From IMG/VR virus record IMGVR_UViG_3300028887_000069, positions 116,898 through 180,897 of that record: a stretch of DNA of 64,000 nucleotides, one strand, 5' to 3'. The translations under genes and the position numbers were made by a program. The notes below the pieces were generated by a model. That model was not told the DNA's origin. It searched no databases and saw only the letters and a list, made by a program, of their open reading frames with translations. Position 1 is the stretch's first letter; the number at the start of each line of letters is the position of its first letter. The DNA is from a virus. Its lineage: Duplodnaviria; Heunggongvirae; Uroviricota; Caudoviricetes. Below, piece by piece: positions 28,537-38,239 of the stretch.

Positions 28537-29754
28537 ATGGAAGTAAAGGCTGTAATAGGTTCGCTGTTTGGCGACGAAGGCAAAGGAACGTTGGTTCAGT
28601 ACCTCTGTTCCGAGGCAATCAATGAAAACAAAAGCGTCATTGTTGTGCGTTTCTCGGGCGGACCTCAGGCTGCCCACACTGTGGAACACAACAGCATAAA
28701 CCACATCTGTTCGTCATTCGGTAGCGGTACTCTCTTGGGTGTTGACACCGCATATGTCCGTGGTTCCTATTTCGACCCAATCTGTGCCTTCAACGAGTCA
28801 AAGACTTTACGTGTAAAGGGTGTGGAATTGCCGACAATACACTTGTTTGACAACGGAATCATAACCCCATACGACGTGAAGTCCGCACATGAGGACAAGA
28901 AAGCGGAGGATGACGGTTCCTGCAAGGCAGGTGTATGGCAGGCGGTTCAGCGTCAGGCAAGCGGTCATACGTTCAAATCCTACAACCTGACACACCAAGA
29001 CGACAACCCCGACACGTTGGAAAACCTGTGCAACCTTTACTTGGACGATGCCCGCAACTACTACGGGTATTCCAGAAACGACGAACTTGAGAAACAGTTC
29101 AACGCTGCAATGAAGCATGGGTGTGAAAACTATCTCAAGTTATATGAATCTATGGGAGAGTTCAAGACTCTACTTCAATGCTACGATGTCGTTATCTTTG
29201 AGGGAACTCAGGGGCTTCTGTTGGACGGAACCTACGGCTTCTATCCACATGTCACCTCAACAAAGGTTGGAATAGAACCGATATTGGACATCGTTCCCAA
29301 ATACCTTGAAGGCTGCGGTATGTCTGACGTGGATTTCTACTTTGTCACGAGAACGTATCTCACAAGGCACGGCAACGGCTATAACCCGAGAAAGAAATTG
29401 GAATGGGATTTGTCCAACAAATGCGAGACTAACACCTATAACGAGAACCAAGGGAAATTCAAGGTAGGCTGTCTTGAATTGGAGCTGTTTGAACGTGCGA
29501 CTGACCGACACAGGCTCGACAATCTGCAGAAGAAACACGGTCTGAAATACCATTTGGCTGTCACCCATATGGACTTGCTCAAGGAGAACGGAAAGTGTGA
29601 CATGCTGTACGGGTTGGAACACATAATCACAACGGGAATCGAGGAGACCATGCAGATGATTGGCGGTTGGTTCAGCGGGGTGACTTTCACCGATTGGCTT
29701 TACAGCGACAGCCCTGAAGGTGAGTTCAAATATGCCGATATTGACATTTTTTAA
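28537..29754 (+). CDS. purA: Adenylosuccinate synthetase-like protein (divergent PurA family)
   Basis: GSLFGDEGKG, RFSGGPQAAHT, FEGTQGLLLD, VTST, RTYLTRHGNG motifs. Confidence 0.75.
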   Translation: MEVKAVIGSLFGDEGKGTLVQYLCSEAINENKSVIVVRFSGGPQAAHTVEHNSINHICSSFGSGTLLGVDTAYVRGSYFDPICAFNESKTLRVKGVELPTIHLFDNGIITPYDVKSAHEDKKAEDDGSCKAGVWQAVQRQASGHTFKSYNLTHQDDNPDTLENLCNLYLDDARNYYGYSRNDELEKQFNAAMKHGCENYLKLYESMGEFKTLLQCYDVVIFEGTQGLLLDGTYGFYPHVTSTKVGIEPILDIVPKYLEGCGMSDVDFYFVTRTYLTRHGNGYNPRKKLEWDLSNKCETNTYNENQGKFKVGCLELELFERATDRHRLDNLQKKHGLKYHLAVTHMDLLKENGKCDMLYGLEHIITTGIEETMQMIGGWFSGVTFTDWLYSDSPEGEFKYADIDIF

Positions 29755-29807
29755 CAAAAACGATTTGGTCGGTTCAAAAAAACATAGTACCTTTGCAAAC
29801 GTAAACA
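29741..29807 (+). promoter_or_regulatory. Repeated promoter module 8
   Basis: TTGACA-N4-TTAACA, GATTTG, TACCTTTG at 29788-29795, CAAACGTAAACA; drives the NAD operon. Confidence 0.85.
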
Positions 29808-29822
29808 TATAAAATATATCAA

Positions 29823-30416
29823 ATGAACAAACCGAAGATTTTAGTGGTCGTTGACATGCAGAACGATTTTGTCTCAGGTTCACTCGGAAGCGACGATGCC
29901 AAGGCAATCGTTCCGAATGTCATGGAGAAAATCAAGAATTTTAACGGTGAGTACATCATATTCACCCGAGACACCCACACAGACGACTACCTCTACACCA
30001 AGGAAGGTGAGAAACTGCCTGTTGTACATTGTGTAAGGGGCAGCGAGGGTTGGAGGCTTATTCCCGAGATTGAGGAATGGCTTCACAAGAACCTCATGTC
30101 ACGTGAAAAGACTGTCATGGTGGTGGACAAGCCCACATTCGGCTCGGTCTATTCGGACAACGAGACAAAGTCGCTCGTGGAATGTGTAAGCGACATTGTC
30201 GAAGCCAACGGTGGACCGAAGGAATTCGACATTGAGGTTGTAGGCGTCTGTACGAGTATATGTATTGTGTCCAACGCACTGCTGCTCAAGGCTCACTTCT
30301 ACGATACCGCCGAGATAACAGTGGATGCCAAATGCTGCGCATGTGTCAGCAAGGAGACCCACAATGCGGCACTGACCACAATGGAAACATGTCAAATTAA
30401 CGTAATAAACAAATAA
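29823..30416 (+). CDS. pncA: Nicotinamidase (isochorismatase family)
   Basis: VVVDMQNDF, TRDTH, PVVHC..GSEGW, DKPTFGS, GVCTSICI. Confidence 0.88.
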   Translation: MNKPKILVVVDMQNDFVSGSLGSDDAKAIVPNVMEKIKNFNGEYIIFTRDTHTDDYLYTKEGEKLPVVHCVRGSEGWRLIPEIEEWLHKNLMSREKTVMVVDKPTFGSVYSDNETKSLVECVSDIVEANGGPKEFDIEVVGVCTSICIVSNALLLKAHFYDTAEITVDAKCCACVSKETHNAALTTMETCQINVINK

Positions 30417-30417
30417 T

Positions 30418-31443
30418 ATGGCAACAAAAGGACTTAAAAAAAGCGCTTCAAACGTAAAGCAAAAGTATTTGGAACAAGTGGATTTAAACATCACAGATAT
30501 TTGTGAAGATGAAATGGGAGAGGGAAATCTTGCAGGTCAACCTGTATTGGATGACGAATGCGACTGCGGGAACCAATGGTCGTCAATGGACGGCCGCATA
30601 ATTCCCGTGAGCAATGTCTATCCCGTGCTTGCTCCAGGCTACTACACGCTTGGCTACTGCCAAAACCTCGGAATGTACTTTGAGGTCGCCAAGGTGGAGA
30701 CCAACAAACTGTACAGGCTTCCGAACAAGGCAACCGATATCGTGTTGGACGACATTTCGAAATTCTGGACTCTTGAGGAGACCTACAAGAAATACCATAG
30801 GGTGTTCCGCAGAAACTATCTCCTGTATTCAGCGCCTGGAACGGGTAAAACCTCTTTGATAAGCCTCATGTGCAAGGAACTGATTGAGAAGTACGACGGC
30901 GTGGTGTTCTACCTGAACAACAGCAACGATGTCGAGGCGTTCCCCGACGCAATGAGACGCATCAAGAAAATCGAACCCGACAGAAAGATTATCGCCATTA
31001 TCGAGGACATCGACAGTTTCCTCTGCCGTTCAGAACTCAACACAATGCTTCTGAACATACTTGACGGAAACATCAAGATAAACGGCTTGGTGACAATCGC
31101 AACCACCAACCACATCGAGATGATGGAGGACAGATACACCAACCGCCCGTCACGTTTCGACCGTGTCGTGGAGTTCCCGCTTCCGAACGAGGAAAGCCGC
31201 AAGATATTCATTGAGAAGACTGTTCTTCCTGAAGACCTTGAGAAGATAAACATCGACGAATGGGTCAAGAAGACGGAGGGATTCACAATCGACCACATCA
31301 ACGAACTCATACTGTTGTTCTTTGTGTTCGGTCATACTGAGGAAGAGTCATTCGAGACGCTTTACAAGATGACCAAGACCAAGGGCATGTTGAAGAACAC
31401 CACAAGTGTAACAAAGTCGTCAATAGGTTTCACCAACAAATAA
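30418..31443 (+). CDS. AAA+ ATPase
   Basis: Walker A YSAPGTGKT, Walker B IIEDID, TTNH, RPSRFD arginine finger. Confidence 0.88.
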   Translation: MATKGLKKSASNVKQKYLEQVDLNITDICEDEMGEGNLAGQPVLDDECDCGNQWSSMDGRIIPVSNVYPVLAPGYYTLGYCQNLGMYFEVAKVETNKLYRLPNKATDIVLDDISKFWTLEETYKKYHRVFRRNYLLYSAPGTGKTSLISLMCKELIEKYDGVVFYLNNSNDVEAFPDAMRRIKKIEPDRKIIAIIEDIDSFLCRSELNTMLLNILDGNIKINGLVTIATTNHIEMMEDRYTNRPSRFDRVVEFPLPNEESRKIFIEKTVLPEDLEKINIDEWVKKTEGFTIDHINELILLFFVFGHTEEESFETLYKMTKTKGMLKNTTSVTKSSIGFTNK

Positions 31444-31451
31444 CAAAACAT

Positions 31452-32444
31452 ATGAATACAGGTTTGACATATATCAAAAAATATAAGGATGAACTCATCC
31501 AATGGTTGAAAGATTGGTTTGCCGTCAACGGTCCTGATTGCAACGCATGTGTCGGTATCTCGGGCGGTAAGGATTCAAGCACCGTGGCCGCACTCTGTGT
31601 GGAGGCACTTGGCAAAGACCGTGTCGTGGGTGTTCTCATGCCCAACGGGGTACAGAAGGACATCACTGACAGTTTCGCCGTGTGCGACTTCCTCGGCATT
31701 GAAAAACACGTTGTGAACATTGAGGAATCCTACAACGCAATCATAAGGAACTTGGAAGAGAGTGGGATTGAGGTTTCCGAACAGACAAAGGTAAACCTTG
31801 CACCGAGACTCCGCATGTCCACACTCTACGCCGTATCCCAAAGCAGAAACGGGCGTGTTGTCGGTACGGGCAACGCATCGGAGGCACTGTGTGGCTACTA
31901 CACAAGATACGGTGACGGCGCATACGATGTCAACCCGATAGCGGAACTCACAATGGAGGAGGTTGTCGAACTCGGTCTCGAACTCGGACTCCCCGAATAC
32001 CTTGTGAAGAAGGCTCCGTCGGATGGATTGACAGGCAAAACTGATGACGAATGCTTCAAGGAACGTGGCTACTCGTATGCCGAAATCCACGACTTCATAA
32101 TATACGGTACAACGGGCAACTTGGAAACCGACAAGAAGTTGGTTGCAGCAAGAAACGCCTTTGAGTTCAAGAAACACATGGGAGTTACACCGCAGTTGCG
32201 TGAAGGTGCCTATTATGGCATAGCATACCATGATGAATTTGGAAAGGACTTCGCCGACGGCATACCTTGGGTCAACTTCATATCTCAGGATATGCTTGAC
32301 ATTGAGTACGGCATGAACGAGTTGAAAAGCGCATGTTGCCAAGATATGACAGTTTTCAGATACCCGTTCTCGAAAGACGGTCTGTTGGCACCCCAGTCCA
32401 ACATTTCATGGGAATATGTACAAACACATAAAATTGAACTGTAA
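31452..32444 (+). CDS. nadE: NH3-dependent NAD+ synthetase with C-terminal extension
   Basis: GISGGKDSS, VLMP, N..PRLRM..LY, GTGN.SE..GY.TRYGDG, APSDGL. Confidence 0.92.
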   Translation: MNTGLTYIKKYKDELIQWLKDWFAVNGPDCNACVGISGGKDSSTVAALCVEALGKDRVVGVLMPNGVQKDITDSFAVCDFLGIEKHVVNIEESYNAIIRNLEESGIEVSEQTKVNLAPRLRMSTLYAVSQSRNGRVVGTGNASEALCGYYTRYGDGAYDVNPIAELTMEEVVELGLELGLPEYLVKKAPSDGLTGKTDDECFKERGYSYAEIHDFIIYGTTGNLETDKKLVAARNAFEFKKHMGVTPQLREGAYYGIAYHDEFGKDFADGIPWVNFISQDMLDIEYGMNELKSACCQDMTVFRYPFSKDGLLAPQSNISWEYVQTHKIEL

Positions 32445-32547
32445 TGGCGGACATAACAGATTGTCCCGACGTGGTATCCTGTGAAAGCATTGCCGAGTCG
32501 GACAGCACTTTAGTCAATTGTACAAACTATTAAAAAATAAGCACGAT

Positions 32548-32748
32548 ATGTCAGAAAGCAAAAACGTTTCAGTAAACGGCATCAGTTTCGGAGGTGCCCT
32601 CTTTTTGGTGTTCCTTGTCTTGAAACTCTGCCATGTAATCGATTGGAGTTGGTGGTGGGTAACCGCCCCTCTTTGGATTGGCATCCCGTTGGTCGCCATC
32701 CTGTTTGTGATAGTAACCTTGATAATTTATTTTGCTGACCGAAAATAA
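32548..32748 (+). CDS. Small two-helix membrane protein
   Basis: LFLVFLVLKL..VIDWSWWWVTAPLWI pattern common in phages. Confidence 0.75.
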   Translation: MSESKNVSVNGISFGGALFLVFLVLKLCHVIDWSWWWVTAPLWIGIPLVAILFVIVTLIIYFADRK

Positions 32749-32756
32749 GAAATAAT

Positions 32757-34268
32757 ATGAAGAAACATGAAACAATCGCATTATTGCTCTGTGATGGATA
32801 TAAATGTGTACATAACGAGCAGTATTCCAAGGGGTTAACTAAACTCTATTCTTATTTCACCCCGAGAAGAAACCGCATTCCCGAATTGGATACGATGGTA
32901 TTCTTTGGATTGCAGGGGTTCATCAAGAAATACCTTATAGAGTATTTTGACGATAACTTCTTCAATGTGGATGAGGAGGAGGTCATATCCGAGTATACCC
33001 GTGTAATAGACACCATGCTTGGCAAGGGCAACTACGGTATAGAGAAGATAAGAGACCTTCACCGTCTTGGGTATCTTCCGCTTGAGATAAGGGCAATCCC
33101 CGAGGGTTCGATTGTCAACATGGGTGTTCCCTGCATAGAGATAACCAACACGCATGACGATTTCGCATGGGTTGTGCAGTGGGTTGAGAGTCTGCTTTCA
33201 TCAGAGATATGGAAACCGTGTGCACACGCCACTGTAGGTAAACTGTACAGGGATGTTGTGGATGAATGGTACAACAAGACTGTAGATGACAGAATACCGC
33301 ACAGCAAGGCCATCTCCGATTTCGGTTTCCGTGGCATGAGTTGCCGAGAGGAGGCTGAGAAGGCATCAGCCGCATGGCTTGTCTCGTTCGGTGGAACCGC
33401 CACCATACCTGCGGTTAAGTATATAGAGGACTATTACAACGAACGAAATGACGTCAGCCATTTCGCAGTCAATGCCATAAGCACGGAACACAGTGTGATG
33501 TGCTGCAACGCTGCCATCGACGGTGACGAGCGCACGATGGTGAAGAGACTTCTTACCGAGATATATCCGCATGCGTCATTCTCCATGGTATCCGACAGTT
33601 ATGACTATTGGAACATGGTGGACAATATCCTGCCCACCTTGAAGGAGGAAATCCTCAACCATGACGGCAAACTGTTGGTGAGACCCGACAGCGGTGACAT
33701 CATTGACATCTCGGTGAAGACAATCGAGCATCTGTGGGGCATTTTCGGTGGTACTGTGAATACAAAGGGATTCAAGGTACTTGACCCCCACATCGGATGT
33801 GTTTACGGTGACGGGGTTACGATTTCAAGGGCTGCAACAATCTATAAGAAACTATATGAAAGAGGGTTTGCCGCCAACAATATCGTTTTCGGCGCGGGTA
33901 GTTTTTCTTTCACCTGCTACCAAGACAAGAACGGCGAGTTCCAAGCCTTTACCCGTGACACATGGTCATGTGCTATCAAGGCAACGGGTGGTATTGTCAA
34001 CGGTAAGTTCATCCCCATATTCAAAGACCCCAAGACTGACAGGGAATCAGGCTTCTCTTTCAAGAAATCACAGAGAGGGTGCTGCGAAGTGTGGAAGGAT
34101 GACGGTACAGGTCTGTTCAAGTTCGGTGACGGAATCGACCCTACAACCTATGAAAACATGGAATTTCATGGTTCAAATTCCGCATACAGACTTGTATTCA
34201 AAGATGGCATGACAGTCAATGAGGAAACCCTGACAGATATTAGAAAACGCTTGCATGGCAATTTTTAG
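32757..34268 (+). CDS. nadV: NAMPT/NadV-family phosphoribosyltransferase (Ala at the Asp219-equivalent position)
   Basis: DGYK.H, DFGFRG, TEHS, VSDSYD, VRPDSG, YGDG, KDPKTD...KKS motifs. Confidence 0.9.
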   Translation: MKKHETIALLLCDGYKCVHNEQYSKGLTKLYSYFTPRRNRIPELDTMVFFGLQGFIKKYLIEYFDDNFFNVDEEEVISEYTRVIDTMLGKGNYGIEKIRDLHRLGYLPLEIRAIPEGSIVNMGVPCIEITNTHDDFAWVVQWVESLLSSEIWKPCAHATVGKLYRDVVDEWYNKTVDDRIPHSKAISDFGFRGMSCREEAEKASAAWLVSFGGTATIPAVKYIEDYYNERNDVSHFAVNAISTEHSVMCCNAAIDGDERTMVKRLLTEIYPHASFSMVSDSYDYWNMVDNILPTLKEEILNHDGKLLVRPDSGDIIDISVKTIEHLWGIFGGTVNTKGFKVLDPHIGCVYGDGVTISRAATIYKKLYERGFAANNIVFGAGSFSFTCYQDKNGEFQAFTRDTWSCAIKATGGIVNGKFIPIFKDPKTDRESGFSFKKSQRGCCEVWKDDGTGLFKFGDGIDPTTYENMEFHGSNSAYRLVFKDGMTVNEETLTDIRKRLHGNF

Positions 34269-34271
34269 GCT

Positions 34272-34338
34272 TTAACAACCTTTAACAAAAAAGATTTGGT
34301 CCGTTTGGAAAATCTTCTTACTTTTGCAAACGTAAACA
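34272..34338 (+). promoter_or_regulatory. Repeated promoter module 9
   Basis: TTAACA-N4-TTAACA, GATTTG, TACTTTTG at 34319-34326, CAAACGTAAACA. Confidence 0.85.
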
Positions 34339-34362
34339 ATTCTAATCATATAATAAAGAAAA

Positions 34363-35484
34363 ATGGAAAACCAAGACTTGACATTGAGAAACGGAAAGGA
34401 TGAAAAGACAGTCACCGCCCTTTCAGCAAACAACTACAACTATGACGAACGTATCGCCCTGCTCACTCCCGAGGAAAGGGAGAAGTACGAGAAGATAAGT
34501 TCGACAATAAAGGTGACGGACGTGAACAGCGTACAGAGTTACGGCTGCGAACTGAGCAAGACCATTGCACAGAGTGGCGACCAACTGCTCTCGTCGGTAC
34601 GCTCGAACAACAATAACGACTTGGTCGACCTGACGAACCAACTCCTTGGCGAGTTGAACCTTATCAATGTCGACGAGTTGGATTCGAGCAACCGCTTCAA
34701 GAATTTCCTGCGCAGGGTTCCAATCATCAAGAACCTTGTGAAGACTGTCGAGAGTGTGCTTGTGAAGTACGACAGCATATCCGACAACGTTCAGAAGATT
34801 TCGGGCAAGATTGACGTGACACGTGTCGTGGCGATGCGTGACAACTCCACCCTGCGTACTATTTTCGACGCCGACAAGACGTACATTGCGCAGATGAGGG
34901 AGTACATCCTTGCCGCCAAGATGAAACTCAAGGAGATTGACGACGAAGTGGACAAGATGATTGCCAATCCTGCCGACTACGAGGCTTACGACACCAAGAC
35001 GATGATTAGTTTCCGCAACTCCCTTGAGAAGCGTATCGCAGACATGCAGACTCAGGAGTACACGCTGACGCAGTCGCTGCTTCAGGTGGAGACAATCGCA
35101 GCGGGCAACGCTGAGTTGGCACAGAGGGCTGACAACATCGTGAACAACGTGATTCCCCTTTGGAAGAACCAACTTTCCAACGCAATCATCATACAGAACC
35201 AACGCAACGGAATCGAGGCTCAGCAGAAGATAACTGAGGCTACGAACAAGATGCTTCGCACCAATGCCGAGAACATCAGGAAGAACTCCATTGAGGTGGC
35301 CAAGGCTAACGAGGACCCCGTGATAAGTCTGGAAACGCTGCAGCACACCACCAACGAGATTATACAGACACTCAAGGAAGTCAAACAGATACACGACCAA
35401 GGAGCCGCCAACCGCAAGACTCTCGAGGCTTCGCTGAAGGGATATGCCGAGCAGCTTGACCGTGCAATATCCGAGAACGCATAA
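34363..35484 (+). CDS. telA: Toxic anion resistance protein (TelA family)
   Basis: Long helical protein; VQSYG...LLGEL...IPLWKNQL.A...Q..I.EATNKML..NAE...D...LETLQ. Confidence 0.85.
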   Translation: MENQDLTLRNGKDEKTVTALSANNYNYDERIALLTPEEREKYEKISSTIKVTDVNSVQSYGCELSKTIAQSGDQLLSSVRSNNNNDLVDLTNQLLGELNLINVDELDSSNRFKNFLRRVPIIKNLVKTVESVLVKYDSISDNVQKISGKIDVTRVVAMRDNSTLRTIFDADKTYIAQMREYILAAKMKLKEIDDEVDKMIANPADYEAYDTKTMISFRNSLEKRIADMQTQEYTLTQSLLQVETIAAGNAELAQRADNIVNNVIPLWKNQLSNAIIIQNQRNGIEAQQKITEATNKMLRTNAENIRKNSIEVAKANEDPVISLETLQHTTNEIIQTLKEVKQIHDQGAANRKTLEASLKGYAEQLDRAISENA

Positions 35485-36131
35485 TGGCAACGTACAATCG
35501 ACTTATGCTTAACCCAACCCTGGTTAAGGAGGCTACCGACTACTATTACTTGAAATACGTCATTGCTAACGCAGCGTTGACAACGCTGCGTGAGGTAAAG
35601 GAGGAAAAACCATTGAAAACACGTGCTCGGAGAGACCCCAAAAAATACATCACCGTCAGGGAGATAGAGAAGGAGACGGGACTGAACGGCACGGATGTCA
35701 GCAATACCATGCACAATGAAGGCTATCAGTTTTATGATACTGACCCGTTTGTATACGAGGAACGCTATTTCAAGCGTGAGGATTTCTACAAGTGCTATCC
35801 CGACAACATCCCGAGAGGCGAGTTGAAGAGACGTGCCAAGGCAAAGGTGAAACGCAAGTTCGTTGTGGGCGAGCTGCTTTCGCTGAAGACCAAGCCGAAG
35901 TGCGGTTCAAGGGAGATAATCAAGGGGTACAAGGTCATCAAGTACATCTACACGATGAACAGGATTGAGACAAATATCCTTATACTGAAACAGATTTACG
36001 GCCCACAAGGTCACATCTACACACTCAATGCCCATGACTGCAGGAAACTGCACATCAAGTACCAACCTGGGCTGCAGGTGTTCCCGATGAACATGAATTG
36101 GGGAAAATTCAAAGTCAAACTTTACCAATAA
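35484..36131 (+). CDS. Basic hypothetical protein
   Basis: 215-aa ORF coupled to telA stop. Confidence 0.75.
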   Translation: MATYNRLMLNPTLVKEATDYYYLKYVIANAALTTLREVKEEKPLKTRARRDPKKYITVREIEKETGLNGTDVSNTMHNEGYQFYDTDPFVYEERYFKREDFYKCYPDNIPRGELKRRAKAKVKRKFVVGELLSLKTKPKCGSREIIKGYKVIKYIYTMNRIETNILILKQIYGPQGHIYTLNAHDCRKLHIKYQPGLQVFPMNMNWGKFKVKLYQ

Positions 36132-36144
36132 AAATACAGAACAA

Positions 36145-36342
36145 ATGGAAAGAAAGAAATTCATCAGACTCCACAGAGCGTCGGACAACAACAGCGTACT
36201 TGTCCCGATAGAAGTCCTGTTGTTCATTGACTCGGGTCACAACAACAGAAAGGATGCACGTGTAATACTCAAGGATTCACGTGTCGACCCTTTCTATGTG
36301 AACGAGTCGCCTGACAAAATCTATAAAATGTTGGAAGAATAA
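36145..36342 (+). CDS. Small hypothetical protein
   Basis: 65-aa ORF, FYVNESPDKIYKML pattern. Confidence 0.65.
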   Translation: MERKKFIRLHRASDNNSVLVPIEVLLFIDSGHNNRKDARVILKDSRVDPFYVNESPDKIYKMLEE

Positions 36343-36753
36343 AAACACAACGTGAAGGAAGGGACGGGCGTTCTTGACATAACGGTGAGCGACAGTGTGG
36401 CTACGGTTTGCGGGGCGGACATGATGTAATTGATGTTATATGTAAAACACAAAATAAATGCCTTTCAAAACATGCCACACCCATGCACTAAGAACACCTG
36501 AAACGGTAAACCACCTTGAGGGAAGACGGATGTTGGACAACTGACGATTCGTATGATTGGCGGATAGCCATTATACCTATCTTTGAGGAGAAAAGAACCG
36601 ACATATGGATTCATAGAATCAAAGGTAAATGTCCCTGTGGTGTTGAAGTCATGATTATGATGACTTGGTTGAAAAATGTCTTGACGACTTCTTGGCTTGG
36701 CCACCCATTCAGGCTCACCGCCCCTTTTTCCCACGTTAATCAAAGTAAGCATT

Positions 36754-37152
36754 ATGGAGCAAAAAGACAATTACACAGCAAAGATTGTAAAAGGAGTTCT
36801 CGACTCCATTTTCTATTGGCTTCATGAGGACAAGAGAATCATGAGCAGTCAGAAAGCGTTCAACGACGCCACATACGGCAAGAGCATGGACAGGGAGAGT
36901 TTCATCTTGGCGAAACAGGTTGAAATCAACTCCTCCATCCGTGAAAAACTCAACAGTATCCGCTATGGCGAGACAAACTTCAACCGATACTACATCGTTG
37001 TGGGTCTCACCCCGATAGAGGAGGAATACAAGGAGGAGATTTTCAAGCCGTTCCTTGAAGAGGGATACAGGATAATAGACCTTTCCGAGAAGGTTGAGGA
37101 ACTGAAAGGGGAGAACGTCTATATGATAAATTGGAAAAATAGTTTGAAATAA
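36754..37152 (+). CDS. Hypothetical protein
   Basis: ATG 36754 (MEQKDNY...). Confidence 0.7.
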   Translation: MEQKDNYTAKIVKGVLDSIFYWLHEDKRIMSSQKAFNDATYGKSMDRESFILAKQVEINSSIREKLNSIRYGETNFNRYYIVVGLTPIEEEYKEEIFKPFLEEGYRIIDLSEKVEELKGENVYMINWKNSLK

Positions 37153-37176
37153 ATTGTAAAATTTCCCGAAAAATAG

Positions 37177-37184
37177 TATATTTG
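37177..37184 (+). promoter_or_regulatory. Bacteroidota -7 promoter box without the full module
   Basis: TATATTTG ending 17 nt before ATG 37201. Confidence 0.55.
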
Positions 37185-37200
37185 CTAAAACGATAAAGAA

Positions 37201-38235
37201 ATGGCACAGAAAAAAAATCTATTCAGGGTCGAGGTCATCTTCACCAACCGCAAGATAGACGATGCGCTGCTGATTGCGCAGGAAAAGCACTACAGTTATC
37301 TCATTGACGGCACCAAGGACCCGTCGTCAAGCCTTCAGATAGGTGACATCGTTGATTGCCCAACCTATGCAACCCCAATGCAGATTTGCGGGTTCTACAA
37401 GGCGGACAGCGAGTACTACTGCGGCGTGAAACTCAAATACCTCATATACGACTCGGTCAAGAGAAACGGCAAAACAATAACCAAAAAAAATAAAAAGAAC
37501 ATGAAAAGTAACAGAATGATGTCCAACTTCATGGACAAGTTTAAATCACAGTTTCTCCCTGTGGTTGACGAAAACCTGACAATCTCGATGAACGGTCAGG
37601 TGTGTGTACCTATCAATGGCGAGTACGTTGCAATCGACAACAACGGCGAGTTGGTATCCTATCCAAAGGAATTCACCATGGACATGCCCGTCTATCTTAT
37701 CAGCAAGGATGTTGAGGCTGTACAGATTGGAGACGTGGTTCGCACGGGTAACTCGAGTTATTCTAAGGTCGTTGGAATCGAGCGTGGCGACGACGGCAAG
37801 GTGGCCAACATCAAGTCGATTTCCTACAGCGGAACCAACCGTACCGTGAAACCTATCAAGGACTTCATGCTCGGTCAGAAGACCCTGAAGGTTGTCGTAA
37901 ACCTGTTCAATGGTTTCGAGGGCACACAGATTAACCCGATGTTCATGATGCTTGCCGACAAGGACGGTGGCGAGGGACAGGACATGCTTATGATGCTCAT
38001 CGCAATGCAGTCGATGAATCCGACCAACCAAGGTATCATGAATAACATGAATCCGATGATGCTCATGATGTTCATGGACAGCGATGGCAACAACGACTTC
38101 TTCAAGAACATGATGCTTATGCAGATGATGCAGGGCAGCATGGGTAACATGTTCGGAAACGGCATGAACAACATGTTCGGAAACCTGTTCGGTCAGAACA
38201 ACACTAACAATCAGCAGCAAATCCTTAACGACTAA
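37201..38235 (+). CDS. Hypothetical protein with Met/Asn/Gln-rich C-terminus
   Basis: MNPMMLMMFMD...MMQGSMGNMFGNGMNNMFG tail; directly upstream of vWA gene. Confidence 0.75.
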   Translation: MAQKKNLFRVEVIFTNRKIDDALLIAQEKHYSYLIDGTKDPSSSLQIGDIVDCPTYATPMQICGFYKADSEYYCGVKLKYLIYDSVKRNGKTITKKNKKNMKSNRMMSNFMDKFKSQFLPVVDENLTISMNGQVCVPINGEYVAIDNNGELVSYPKEFTMDMPVYLISKDVEAVQIGDVVRTGNSSYSKVVGIERGDDGKVANIKSISYSGTNRTVKPIKDFMLGQKTLKVVVNLFNGFEGTQINPMFMMLADKDGGEGQDMLMMLIAMQSMNPTNQGIMNNMNPMMLMMFMDSDGNNDFFKNMMLMQMMQGSMGNMFGNGMNNMFGNLFGQNNTNNQQQILND

Positions 38236-38239
38236 GACT

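Noticed and set aside
28537-29754. PurZ (2-aminoadenine Z-genome) enzyme
   Set aside because: The protein keeps the PurA catalytic Asp (GDEGKG) and His (AHT); PurZ has Ser at the Asp position (GSTGKG).
32757-34268. NARP2 (NAMPT plus NMNAT) pathway
   Set aside because: No HxGH adenylyltransferase is in the window, and the Asp219-to-Ala change plus PncA/NadE point to a deamidated route; an NMNAT elsewhere in the genome cannot be excluded.
34423-35490. Long minus-strand ORFs (also 2983-3729, 31575-32342, 37546-38220, 47414-48205)
   Set aside because: They are antisense shadows of well-supported + strand genes, with no recognisable motifs and no promoters.
36343-36753. tRNA, tmRNA or other ncRNA in the gap after 36342
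   Set aside because: No cloverleaf, T-loop or tmRNA ends were recognised. The region holds short broken frames (LREDGCWTTDDSYDWR... preceded by two in-frame TAA) and is more likely a decayed gene; support was too weak to annotate.
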